A DNA stretch of 64,000 nt, from assembly GCA_963668315.1 (NCBI GenBank), contig OY764216.1:1024001-1088000 (forward strand), read 5' to 3'. How positions within the stretch are numbered: position 1 is the first letter of the stretch; every line of letters starts with the position of its first letter. Shown here one piece after another: positions 9,764 through 19,139 of this stretch. This DNA is from Spirochaetia bacterium. Lineage in GTDB: Bacteria; Spirochaetota; Spirochaetia; DSM-2461. Made by a program: the position numbers and the translations under genes. The notes below the pieces were generated by a model. The model searched no databases and was not told where the DNA came from. It saw nothing but the letters and a program-made list of their open reading frames with translations.

Positions 9764-10660
9764 TTATCCTTCTCCCTCGAAAACCACTCCCGCCTCTTTG
9801 AGAAACCCCCGTATGTAGTCCGTCGCCCCTTCGGCTGTGCGAATTCCCAGGTTGATCTTCTTGTGTATTCCCTCTTTTCCCAGCCGGACCGGCCTGACGG
9901 GAAGACGGCGGCGGTACTCTTCGATAAGCCAGTAGGGCAGAGCCGTAACGCCCCGTCCGGTAGATGTCATCTGCATCATGATATCGGTCGTCTCTATGAT
10001 CTTTCGCTTACGGGGAGAGCATCCCGCGGGAATGAGGAACGCCGTATAGACATCCAGTTTCTCCGTACCCACGGGATAGGTTATCAGTGTCTGGTCGATC
10101 AAGTCCTCGGGAGTTATGAAGTCTTTCTTCCCCAGAGTATGGTCCTCGGCGACGGCCAGGACAAGCTCATAGTCGAAGACAGGGTAATAGGTGTATCCCT
10201 CTTTTTTCAGAGGATCGGGTGTCACGAGCATATCTATTTCGTGATCTTCCAGGGCTCTGATACCGCCGAACTGGAACTCCTGCTTGATATCCAGATCGAC
10301 ATCGGGCCAGTGCTGAAGATAGGGTTCGGTTATCTGCATGAGCCAGGTGTAGCAGGGGTGGCACTCCATGCCGATGCGCAGAAGACCCCGCGAGCCCCGG
10401 GCATATTGGCGAAGCATCTCTTCGGCATGGTTGAACTGGGGCAGGAGGCGTCTGGCCATGGCCAGGAGGTATTCTCCGCTCTGGGTGAATTTAATCCCCC
10501 GGCCCTCCCTTTCCCACAGCGGGGTTCCCAGCTCGTTTTCCAGCTTCCTTATCGTGTGGGTAAGGGCCGGCTGTGTGAGGCACAGGGCTTCCGCCGCTTC
10601 CGTCACGGTGCCCCTCTTGTCTATTTCGAATAGAATCTGCAGATGAATCTTATTTATCAT
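9764..10660 (-). CDS. metR: LysR-family regulator, MetR-like
   Basis: HTH 'AAEALCLTQPALTH'; MetR signature 'LRIGMECHPCY.WL'; divergent from methionine synthase-like gene. Confidence 0.8.
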   Translation of the reverse strand: MINKIHLQILFEIDKRGTVTEAAEALCLTQPALTHTIRKLENELGTPLWEREGRGIKFTQSGEYLLAMARRLLPQFNHAEEMLRQYARGSRGLLRIGMECHPCYTWLMQITEPYLQHWPDVDLDIKQEFQFGGIRALEDHEIDMLVTPDPLKKEGYTYYPVFDYELVLAVAEDHTLGKKDFITPEDLIDQTLITYPVGTEKLDVYTAFLIPAGCSPRKRKIIETTDIMMQMTSTGRGVTALPYWLIEEYRRRLPVRPVRLGKEGIHKKINLGIRTAEGATDYIRGFLKEAGVVFEGEG

Positions 10661-10698
10661 ACATGAATATTATTTATGGATAGATGAAAAACTATCAT
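10643..10698. promoter_or_regulatory. Putative MetR/LysR boxes
   Basis: ATGAATCTTATTTAT (10643), ATGAATATTATTTAT (10663) and palindromic ATGA-N7-TCAT (10684) next to TTTACA-N18-TATGCT. Confidence 0.55.
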
Positions 10699-10752
10699 TT
10701 TACATTATGGATGATAGAGGAGTATGCTTACTCACGTCAAGTGGAGGATAAT

Positions 10753-11895
10753 ATGATAGATAGAAACAGAGAAAATAATACCGTTGTAAAGGCCCCTTTC
10801 AGGTATGATGTGGTGGGGAGTTTTCTCAGACCCGAGTCTCTTAAGAAGGCCCGGGAGGAGCATCGTCTGGGAAGGATAAGTCCGGAAGAATTACGGGATA
10901 TAGAAGACAGGGAAATAATCCGTCTGGTGGAGAAACAGAAAGAAGCCGGATTGAAGAGTGTAACCGACGGAGAGTTTCGCCGTTCCTGGTGGCATCTGGA
11001 TTTCATGTGGGGATTTGAGGGGATCGAAAAGGTCTCTCTTCCCAAAGGCTATAGCTTTGAAGGTGTGGAAACCAGAGGGGAATCCGCCCGGGTAAGCGGC
11101 TCTGTCCGTTGCGGAAGACATCCTTTTATAGAGGATTACCGCTTTCTGAAAAACGCGGCCGGTGACGGCGTTTTGGCCCGCCAGACCATTCCCGCCCCTT
11201 CGCAGCTGTGGGCCGAGGTCATCAGGGAGGAGAACCGACAAACCCTGGATGCGGTTTATCCCGATTTAGAGAGCCTTAAAACTGATATTATCGCGGCCTA
11301 CAGGGACTTTGTTCGTGCCCTCTATAAAGAGGGCTGCCGAAACCTGCAGCTGGACGATTGTACCTGGGGGCTGCTCTGCGACAGCCGCTTCAGGGATTAT
11401 TACGATAAAGCCGGATTGGATGCGGATGAAACGGCAAGGCTTTATGCCGATCTGAACAACGGTGTCATCAGGGAAAAACCCGATGATCTGGTCATCACCA
11501 CCCATGTCTGCCGGGGCAACTACCAGTCCACCTGGGCCATGTCCGGCGGTTATGAACCGGTGGGTGAAATTCTGTTGGGCCGGGAAAATGCCGACGCCTA
11601 CTACCTGGAATTCGATACGGAAAGATCGGGGGACTTTTCCCCTCTCCGATATCTAAGCGGTGACAAGCAGGTTGTTCTGGGACTGGTTTCATCCAAGACA
11701 GGTGAACTGGAGGACAAGGCGCGGATTATCGCCCGGATCCATGAAGCGGCGGCATATGTTCCTCTGGACCGGCTTTGCTTAAGCCCTCAGTGCGGATTCG
11801 CCTCAACAGAAGAGGGAAACCTCCTCTCAGAGGAGCAGCAGTGGGAAAAACTGCGGTTCATCAAGGATATTGCCCGCGAAGTCTGGGGAGAATAA
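10753..11895 (+). CDS. Cobalamin-independent methionine synthase core-type protein (YxjH-like)
   Basis: 'VGSFLRP', 'TDGEFRR', Zn ligands 'HVCRGN', 'LEFD', 'SPQCGFAS'; single barrel; GGAGG RBS before ATG 10753. Confidence 0.9.
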   Translation: MIDRNRENNTVVKAPFRYDVVGSFLRPESLKKAREEHRLGRISPEELRDIEDREIIRLVEKQKEAGLKSVTDGEFRRSWWHLDFMWGFEGIEKVSLPKGYSFEGVETRGESARVSGSVRCGRHPFIEDYRFLKNAAGDGVLARQTIPAPSQLWAEVIREENRQTLDAVYPDLESLKTDIIAAYRDFVRALYKEGCRNLQLDDCTWGLLCDSRFRDYYDKAGLDADETARLYADLNNGVIREKPDDLVITTHVCRGNYQSTWAMSGGYEPVGEILLGRENADAYYLEFDTERSGDFSPLRYLSGDKQVVLGLVSSKTGELEDKARIIARIHEAAAYVPLDRLCLSPQCGFASTEEGNLLSEEQQWEKLRFIKDIAREVWGE

Positions 11896-12030
11896 ACTTT
11901 TTATCCGAATCGGGTGTGTGTCGTCCTTCTGTCATGGTTTTGTCCTGTCCGCTGTGCTATTTTCAGAGTAACCTTCTGATAAATAAACGAGCTGGCAAGG
12001 ATGAAACGGCCGGTTGCCAAGGAGACAAAC

Positions 12031-12507
12031 ATGCTTATCATCAAAAAACTCAGACTGCAGAGGGGCTGGTCCCAGGCGGAACTGGCCGAATTCAGCGGTC
12101 TGAGTGTCAGGACTATTCAGCGGATTGAAAAGGGAGAAAAACCCGGATTGGAATCCCGCAAGTCTCTGGCCGCCGTCTTTGATCTGGATGCCGGCGATTT
12201 TCAGGAGGAAAATCTTATGGAAAACGGATTAAGCGTCACACCGGAAGAGGAAAAGGCCATGGGAGAGGTGAGGAAGCTTAAGGGGTTCTATTCCCATCTT
12301 ATGACCTATGTTCTGGTTATCGCGATTCTGTTTGCGGTGAATCTCTTGGTTGATCCCGGTTATATCTGGGCTTTCTGGCCGGCACTCGGCTGGGGACTTG
12401 GAATCCTCTCCCATGCGCTGGGAGCGGGAATTTTCGGGGGGTTTTCTCTCTTCGGCCCGGAATGGGAGAAAAAACAGGTCGAAAAGAAACTGGGCCGAAA
12501 ACTTTAA
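12031..12507 (+). CDS. XRE HTH + 2TM-domain protein
   Basis: 'WSQAELAEFSGLSVRTIQRIE'; 'GFYSHLMTYV', 'WPALGWGLGI..H', 'FGPEWE'; AAGGAG RBS. Confidence 0.85.
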   Translation: MLIIKKLRLQRGWSQAELAEFSGLSVRTIQRIEKGEKPGLESRKSLAAVFDLDAGDFQEENLMENGLSVTPEEEKAMGEVRKLKGFYSHLMTYVLVIAILFAVNLLVDPGYIWAFWPALGWGLGILSHALGAGIFGGFSLFGPEWEKKQVEKKLGRKL

Positions 12508-12670
12508 GCTTTACAGGACGGAATTGCCGTAGAAAAGGGGAAAAACAGGAATAAATGTGAACGAAATATGAAAAAGCTTCACATAAAACACAAAAAGCTG
12601 TTCATTTCTACGAAAAAGTGTTATAATCAGGTTAATAGAAAAATTTATTTTAAAAGGATTTTATTAACCT

Positions 12671-13768
12671 ATGAGATGTTTTAAAACTTGTTTTACAATA
12701 TCTTCTCTCCTTCTTGTAAGTCTTATTTCCTGCGCCATGCCTGACGCGGGATCGGGCCTGGGGGACGGAAGTTCCTCCTCTCCCTATCAGATATATACCG
12801 CCGAAGATCTTAATGCCATAAGAGGCGGAGTTACGGGCTATGAAGACTGGGATCTGAGCGATTCCTATATTTTAATGGCCGATATCGATTTGTCCGGATA
12901 TGAGAACTGGGCGCCGATCGGTAATGTCTACAATAGTGATAACTCTATCAATTCAATAGACTCATTCCGCGGAACTTTGAACGGCAATGATCATGAAATT
13001 ACCTCCCTTATCATTAATCGTACCACCAGTACGGTGGGCCTTTTCGGCAGCATTTCCGCCGACGGAACGGTGACGGGGCTTCGCATCAGCGGAGCCGATA
13101 TTACCGGAAGAGCCAATACGGGAATTCTGGCGGGAAGTAATTACGGAACCGTGAGCAAAAGTTTCTCCAGCGGTTCTGTGGAATCCACAGGGGGCGGCTA
13201 TGTCGGCGGTCTTCTGGGGCTGAACGAGGGAACCGTTTCGTTGAGCGGTTCCACGGCCGATGTATTATCAAGCAGCAGCAATAATGGCGAGAACGCCGGA
13301 GGATTCGTCGGTTACAGCAGCGGGGTTATTGAATACAGCTACGCTGCCGGCAGTGTTGAAGGACTGGATAATAACGTAGGCGGTTTCACCGGTTCCTTTT
13401 CGGGAACAATCAGCGATTCATATGCAACAGGGGATGTTGTAGGCTCAGTTGAACTGGTAGGCGGGTTCTCCGGGAACAACCAGGGAGGAAGCCTGACGAA
13501 CTGTTATTCCGCGGGAAGCGTATCCATCAACCCAGCGGTAAGAATGATCGTTTCTCTGGTGAGAGGATTTATCGGCCAGGGAGTGGAAGCGACCCGGAAT
13601 GTGAACTGTTATTATGATTTTGATCTTTCCGGATATTCCGATGAATTTGCTGCAGACATTGATCTCACAGACCGTGATTCTTTCACCGGCTTCGATTTTT
13701 CCTCCGTCTGGGCAATCAGCAGTACGGTCAATAACGGTATGCCCTATCTGAAGGCTCTTTCCTACTAA
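12671..13768 (+). CDS. GLUG-motif lipoprotein
   Basis: Lipobox 'LISC'; 'PYQIYTAEDL', 'ADIDLS', repeated 'VGGLLG/AGGFVG/VGGFTG...SYATGDV'. Confidence 0.8.
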   Translation: MRCFKTCFTISSLLLVSLISCAMPDAGSGLGDGSSSSPYQIYTAEDLNAIRGGVTGYEDWDLSDSYILMADIDLSGYENWAPIGNVYNSDNSINSIDSFRGTLNGNDHEITSLIINRTTSTVGLFGSISADGTVTGLRISGADITGRANTGILAGSNYGTVSKSFSSGSVESTGGGYVGGLLGLNEGTVSLSGSTADVLSSSSNNGENAGGFVGYSSGVIEYSYAAGSVEGLDNNVGGFTGSFSGTISDSYATGDVVGSVELVGGFSGNNQGGSLTNCYSAGSVSINPAVRMIVSLVRGFIGQGVEATRNVNCYYDFDLSGYSDEFAADIDLTDRDSFTGFDFSSVWAISSTVNNGMPYLKALSY

Positions 13769-13868
13769 ATCAGAAAATATATATCCGAAAAATTGATATA
13801 AACCCGCAAATATGATATAAAAAGGGGTAAGCAAGCCCCTGCGGGGGGAAGACTGATTTCGGAGAATA

Positions 13869-15161
13869 ATGATGAAAAGAAATACGGCGCCTACCCCGCC
13901 TATGGGTTGGAACAGCTGGGACTGCTACGGCACTTCCGTAACGGAGAAGGAAGTACTGGATAACGCCGCCTATATGCGGGACAACCTCAAGGAATACGGC
14001 TGGCAGTACGTTGTTGTGGATATTCAATGGTATGAGCCCAATGCTTTTCATACGTCTTATAATCCCTTTGCCGATCTTGCCATGGATGATTACTCCCGTC
14101 TGATTCCGGCGGAAAACCGCTTTCCCTCCTCAGCAGGAGGCCGGGGCTTTACCGAACTGGGACAGAAAATCCATGATATGGGCCTTAAATTCGGCATCCA
14201 TATCATGAGGGGCATCCCCCGTCAGGCCGTTCACCGCAATACTCCTATTAAAGGGACGCAATTCCGAGCCAGGGATATCGCCTCCACAGCCTCCATCGCT
14301 TCCTGGAATACCGACATGTACGGGGTAAACGCCTCCAAACCGGGAGCTCAGGAGTATTATGATTCCCTTCTGGAACTGTATGCCGAATGGGGCGTGGATT
14401 TCATTAAAGTCGATGATATCGCCCGCTCTTTTATCGGCGACAAGCTTTACCATAAAAAGGAAGTGGAACTCATCCGTAACGCCATCTCCCGCTGCGGGCG
14501 GGAGATCGTTCTGAGCCTCTCACCGGGACCGGCCCTCCTGGAGGAATCGGCCCATCTGACGGCCCATGCCGATATGTGGCGCATCAGCAACGATTACTGG
14601 GACCGCTGGGAGGATCTTTACGATCAGTTCGCCCGCTGCGCCCGGTGGAGCCCCCATTCCGGCCCCGGCCACTGGCCCGACGCCGACATGCTGCCCCTGG
14701 GGCATCTGGCCGTCCGTTCCAACGAGCATAATTTCGGAGAGCGGCAGACCCGGTTCACCCGGGAGGAGCAGAGAACCATGATGGCCCTATGGGCCATATT
14801 CCGTTCTCCCCTGATGCTGGGGTGCGTGCTGACCGATCTGGATGAATGGACCCTCGGCCTGTTGTGCAACGAGGAGCTTCTCCGGTTGAATCAGAACTCC
14901 CGGGAGGGGAGGGAGATCCGCAGGGAAGGAGATCTTGTTCTCTGGGGCGCCCATGAGGATGACCGGGAGTACAGGGCTCTCTTTAATCTGGGGGATGAAG
15001 ACAGGATGGTGGAAAATACTCTGGATACCTGGGCACTGCGGACTGTACCCTGGGGAGGGATAAATATCTTCACCCGGGAGAAGGAGAAACTGGCAGACGG
15101 AAACGGTTCGGTTAAGATTCCCGCCCACGGGGTGAAGCTCTACTGGTGTAAACCCCGGTAA
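13869..15161 (+). CDS. Glycoside hydrolase family 27 (alpha-galactosidase / beta-L-arabinopyranosidase)
   Basis: 'TPPMGWNSWD', 'VVVDIQWY', 'WGVDFIKVDD', 'MWRISND', 'WPDADMLP'. Confidence 0.92.
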   Translation: MMKRNTAPTPPMGWNSWDCYGTSVTEKEVLDNAAYMRDNLKEYGWQYVVVDIQWYEPNAFHTSYNPFADLAMDDYSRLIPAENRFPSSAGGRGFTELGQKIHDMGLKFGIHIMRGIPRQAVHRNTPIKGTQFRARDIASTASIASWNTDMYGVNASKPGAQEYYDSLLELYAEWGVDFIKVDDIARSFIGDKLYHKKEVELIRNAISRCGREIVLSLSPGPALLEESAHLTAHADMWRISNDYWDRWEDLYDQFARCARWSPHSGPGHWPDADMLPLGHLAVRSNEHNFGERQTRFTREEQRTMMALWAIFRSPLMLGCVLTDLDEWTLGLLCNEELLRLNQNSREGREIRREGDLVLWGAHEDDREYRALFNLGDEDRMVENTLDTWALRTVPWGGINIFTREKEKLADGNGSVKIPAHGVKLYWCKPR

Positions 15162-15170
15162 GATTTCTCC

Positions 15171-15199
15171 TTGCCCGATCGGGTCTCTGGGGTTATAAT
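15171..15199 (+). promoter_or_regulatory. Sigma70-type promoter (copy A of a duplicated promoter)
   Basis: TTGCCC-N17-TATAAT, GTG 8 nt downstream. Confidence 0.65.
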
Positions 15200-15207
15200 G
15201 GGCAAAC

Positions 15208-16215
15208 GTGACCGCCCACGCATTGAAAAACCGCTCAGGTAAATGGTTCTCTCCGGCAATCCTCCTCCCCTTGGCTGTCCTTTTCTGCCTGTTGCTTTCC
15301 GCCTGTGACGGCTCCCGAAAGAAGGAGGAAAAGCCCGAAGGACTGATTCTCGGTTTTTCCCAGATAGGAGCCGAGAGCGCCTGGCGGAAATGCAATTCCC
15401 TTTCCATAAAAGAGGCCGCCGAGTCCCGCGGGGTACAGCTCCTTTTCGAAAATGCCGAACAGAAGCAGGAAAATCAGATCAAAGCGCTTCGTTCTTTTAT
15501 CGTTTATCAGGTCGATGTCATTGCCTTTGTCCCCATTGTCGCCGGAGGCTGGGATAATATCCTCAAGGAAGCGAAGGATGCGGGGATTCCCGTACTAATC
15601 ACCGACAGGAAAATTGAAACAAACGATCCCAGTCTTTTCGCCGGATTCATCGGGACGGACAGCCGCCAGGAGGGACGGGAAGCGGGACTTTTCCTGCTCA
15701 GGAAATTCTCCTCCCGGAAGAGTCCGGTGAGAATCGTGGAAATCAGCGGAACAGAAGGTTCTTCCCCGGCCATCGGAAGGGCGGAGGGGTTCAGGGAGAT
15801 TCTGGAAGGCCACGACGATTTTCAGATTATCCACAGCGTTTCCGGTGATTTCCTCCGTTCGAAGGGCTATGAATTGATGCGTGATATCCTCAAAAGGTAT
15901 GACGATATCAATGCGGTTTATTCCCATAACGACGGTATGACACTGGGGATTCTGGAAGCCATCAAAGAGAAAGGGCTCAGCCCCGGAAAGGATATCGTCA
16001 TCATCACCATTGATGCCGAGCAGGCCGCCATTGACGCCCTGCAGAGGGGAGAAGTGAATTGCGTGATCGAATGCAATCCCAAAACGGGGCCGGATATCAT
16101 AGACCTGGCGGAGAAACTGGCCCGGGGAGAATCGATTCCCCCTCTCCAGCATGTGCAGGAACAGGTTTTTACCGAATACGATGATCTTTCCGGCATCGAG
16201 CCCAGAGGCTATTGA
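15208..16215 (+). CDS. Sugar-binding lipoprotein (YtfQ-like), probably a sensory paralog
   Basis: Lipobox 'LSAC'; 'GFSQIGAESAWR', 'QKQENQIKA', 'ECNP'; paralog of 24245..25237. Confidence 0.88.
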   Translation: MTAHALKNRSGKWFSPAILLPLAVLFCLLLSACDGSRKKEEKPEGLILGFSQIGAESAWRKCNSLSIKEAAESRGVQLLFENAEQKQENQIKALRSFIVYQVDVIAFVPIVAGGWDNILKEAKDAGIPVLITDRKIETNDPSLFAGFIGTDSRQEGREAGLFLLRKFSSRKSPVRIVEISGTEGSSPAIGRAEGFREILEGHDDFQIIHSVSGDFLRSKGYELMRDILKRYDDINAVYSHNDGMTLGILEAIKEKGLSPGKDIVIITIDAEQAAIDALQRGEVNCVIECNPKTGPDIIDLAEKLARGESIPPLQHVQEQVFTEYDDLSGIEPRGY

Positions 16216-16246
16216 GCCGGTTGACCGGGTCATGTACAATAATGGC

Positions 16247-16684
16247 ATGAAGGTTTACCCTATCCTTTTTTTTCTTCTTGCCCCTTTCACCCTTTCTCTC
16301 TCTGCCCAGAACGGAGCGGATATATCATCCCCCGGAGCGGGATCGGAGCCGGAATGGATAGGGGGAGAAACCGTGGGCTCCCTCCTTACGCTGAATGACT
16401 TTGATATTCCCCAGCCCGCCGGTATGCCCCTTATGGATCACTTCTTCACCGGAGATAAACCGGAGCGGGGATACGCCGTCGGTATCGCCCTGTTTGCCGC
16501 AGGGGTAGGGACCCTCGGCGGCTCCTTCTACCATACCCTGGACAGCATGGAAAAGGATCCCGGAGGAACGGGCGTCGGCAACGGACTCATTACGGCCGGG
16601 TTCTCCCTGGCGGGCATCGGAATTTCCAGTCTTGTCATGGATTTTTTCCGGGAACGGATCAAGGCTCGCGCTTCAGAAGAATAA
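16247..16684 (+). CDS. Hypothetical exported/membrane protein
   Basis: Signal peptide MKVYPILFFLLA.. and two hydrophobic helices. Confidence 0.55.
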   Translation: MKVYPILFFLLAPFTLSLSAQNGADISSPGAGSEPEWIGGETVGSLLTLNDFDIPQPAGMPLMDHFFTGDKPERGYAVGIALFAAGVGTLGGSFYHTLDSMEKDPGGTGVGNGLITAGFSLAGIGISSLVMDFFRERIKARASEE

Positions 16685-17936
16685 ATTCCACCCGCCTGTT
16701 TTTCCACAGGTTCTGCTGATCTTCAATAGGAAAGAGCGGTACCGAACCGCCCATCCCCAGACAGGTGATCCTCTCTTCCTCAATCCCCAGTTCCACCAGA
16801 CCCTCCTTGACCGATTCCGCCCGGTTCAGTGACAGGGGGATGAGGACGTTTTCCTCCTCCCTTCTGCGCTGTTCATCGGAACCGCTGATAAGGTTGTTGG
16901 CATGGCCTTCTATCTGGATTCTGTATTCGGGAAATTTCAGGAAAATCGTATAGAGACGGCTGAGAATTTCCCGGTTGTTACCCGTTATTTCCGGTTCGCC
17001 CGGTAAAATCAGGCTGCTGGAATCGGGGGAGAACATAATGCTGGGAATGCGAATTTTCAGTTTATCCCCTTCCCTGAGAACAAGGATATCCGTTCTCAGG
17101 CCGCAAGATACCCTCTCCCGGTTCTTCGCCTTATCCGTCACCTGCAGCTCCAGCCGGTAATCCACCGCCGAATTGACCCATTCCCCGTCGGAGGAACGTC
17201 CGTTCCAGATAAACTTTTCGGGCGGGACCCCGGTCCCCGAACTGGCGTAAAAAAGCTGCTCCTCCGGATCGTAAATATTGATCTCCCATCCTTCGGCCGA
17301 GCGGGGATGGTCAAGGTGAATGGCCATGGTGTAGAAATCGTTCTCCCCGTCTCCGTCGGGGGAGAAGCGGCTGTTGTCCGGGCGGACCGTCAATCCCGTT
17401 TCCTGAACAGGGATGCGTATGGTTTCACGCCGACCGTATCCCAGTCCGAAGGTGAAGAAAGGGGACAGCCCGGAATAAAGGGGCAGGTTCCAGTTTCCCG
17501 TGAGTTTCAGATAATGGCGGTTATGGAGGTGAACGGCCAGGTTCACGCCGCTCTGCAGAACTCCGTGGATATTCCCTTCTTCCGAAGGGACGGCCAGGAA
17601 TAGTCCGCCTCCCAGACGGGGCTGTACCTGCAGGCTGTTCAGAAAAATCCAATCGTAAAAACACTGAATTGCTCCCATGGGCAGGGCGGCAGATTCGCCC
17701 GATGTCAGTGTCGCTCCCGCCAGTCCGGCCTGCAGGGCCACTCCCCCGTCCCGCCAGAGGGAACCGGCGGAAAGGTCGAGGTTTATCCAGGGGCCGCGGC
17801 TGTTTTCCCCGCCGGAGTGATTCATACCGCCCGTGAAGGTACTCTCCAGATAAATTGTGTCGCCCGGCCAGGGACGCTCCTGCCCGGAGAGCAGAAAGGC
17901 GGTGCAGAGGAGAAGGAGTGAAACGAACCGCTTCAT
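16659..17936 (-). CDS. OmpA-family protein with FlgD-like Ig domain
   Basis: Start MKRFVSLLL at 17936 (ATGA overlap); 'FSPDGDGEND', 'WNGRS..GE', 'IEGHAN', 'LSLNRAESV', 'NRRVEF'. Confidence 0.88.
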   Translation of the reverse strand: MKRFVSLLLLCTAFLLSGQERPWPGDTIYLESTFTGGMNHSGGENSRGPWINLDLSAGSLWRDGGVALQAGLAGATLTSGESAALPMGAIQCFYDWIFLNSLQVQPRLGGGLFLAVPSEEGNIHGVLQSGVNLAVHLHNRHYLKLTGNWNLPLYSGLSPFFTFGLGYGRRETIRIPVQETGLTVRPDNSRFSPDGDGENDFYTMAIHLDHPRSAEGWEINIYDPEEQLFYASSGTGVPPEKFIWNGRSSDGEWVNSAVDYRLELQVTDKAKNRERVSCGLRTDILVLREGDKLKIRIPSIMFSPDSSSLILPGEPEITGNNREILSRLYTIFLKFPEYRIQIEGHANNLISGSDEQRRREEENVLIPLSLNRAESVKEGLVELGIEEERITCLGMGGSVPLFPIEDQQNLWKNRRVEFILLKREP

Positions 17937-19042
17937 AGTACCACCCCCAGGTAGGCTCCGGCTCCCACCCTGTCGGGAGGCTGAAAAAGTACGGGCAGAC
18001 TGAAAAACAGTTTCCCCATATCTACCTGGAGCCTGAGCCAGCCGAAGCCGGAGAAAAGCGTTCCCCCTTCTCCGTCCACGCTTCCCGAAGCGGTAATGGT
18101 TCCGTAGTCCTCTTCCGTAATTCCCAGGATATCCGCCTGGTAACCGAGGAGATAGACCTCTCCCTCGCCCTCCAGGCCGATACCCGAAGATGTCCAGGAG
18201 GGAATGAAGGATCCTCCCAGGGCCAGGTTGAAGGTTCGGAAAAAGCGGAACTCCGTATTGATCAGCAGGGGAAAGGTCAGGGCGTCGGAAGTCACCTTGA
18301 GGTAAAACCGGGATTCCGCCTCCAGGTCGATACTCTGCGGGGGAAGAGGCCCGTCCCCGTCGGGATCGATGGAAAAGGACTGGGTGATGGCACCCATGTC
18401 CGGTTTGACCAGGACTTCCTGGTGGCGGTAACTTGTCCCTGCCGTCAGAACAAGGGGGTTCCATCCGATGGCCCTGTGGAGGGGAACCTCCCCGAAGACT
18501 CCGTACCTGAGGCTGGTCTGGAAGGTGTAGTTCTTTATAAGGATGTCCTCCTGCCTGAAGTCGAGCCAGCCGCCGCCGACCCCGGCGGTTATCCTTTTCC
18601 GCCAGCGGGTCAGCGGAAACCCAACTCCTCCCTCCCACAGCTGAACCCCGGCGCCCAGGGAGGGATCGCTTTCAATGCTTAAGGTTTCCAGGTAGGCGGT
18701 GAGAGCATCGCGATTATAATAGGGGGAGACCACGGCACCATCGGACCCGATAAAAAGATAAGCCTTCCCCTCGGGGGAATAGGCTCCTATATGGGGCAGA
18801 GCCGTGGAGAGCCCCAGGCTCTGGGAAAGGGAGTAGGTTACACGGGGCTTGATGAGCATATTATTGACCAGAGGTTCCAGTTCGGAGGCTTTAAAGTAAT
18901 TGATCTGGCTGAGCAGATAGGGTTCATACTCATCTTCCAGGTTTACATAAAATGATTCGGGAAAACTGATATCTATGATTATTTCAGCAAATATCGAGTA
19001 AGTAGATAGTAAGAAGAATATAATAAATTTGTGAACCTTCAT
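17933..19042 (-). CDS. Hypothetical exported protein, probable outer-membrane beta-barrel
   Basis: Signal peptide; alternating beta-strand pattern; ends 'GAGAYLGVVL'; coupled to the OmpA gene. Confidence 0.6.
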   Translation of the reverse strand: MKVHKFIIFFLLSTYSIFAEIIIDISFPESFYVNLEDEYEPYLLSQINYFKASELEPLVNNMLIKPRVTYSLSQSLGLSTALPHIGAYSPEGKAYLFIGSDGAVVSPYYNRDALTAYLETLSIESDPSLGAGVQLWEGGVGFPLTRWRKRITAGVGGGWLDFRQEDILIKNYTFQTSLRYGVFGEVPLHRAIGWNPLVLTAGTSYRHQEVLVKPDMGAITQSFSIDPDGDGPLPPQSIDLEAESRFYLKVTSDALTFPLLINTEFRFFRTFNLALGGSFIPSWTSSGIGLEGEGEVYLLGYQADILGITEEDYGTITASGSVDGEGGTLFSGFGWLRLQVDMGKLFFSLPVLFQPPDRVGAGAYLGVVL

Positions 19043-19139
19043 GGAAATCTTTGTCTTTTACCCCTTATGTGTCTATAATAAGTGAGTGTTCCTGTGTCTG
19101 TCTAGTTGATTTAAAAATATAGTATGAGAGGAGAACTCT

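Noticed and set aside
17937..18638. N-terminal 234-aa extension of the OmpA ORF
   Set aside because: Overlaps the 17933..19042 gene in another frame; a signal peptide starts at 17936
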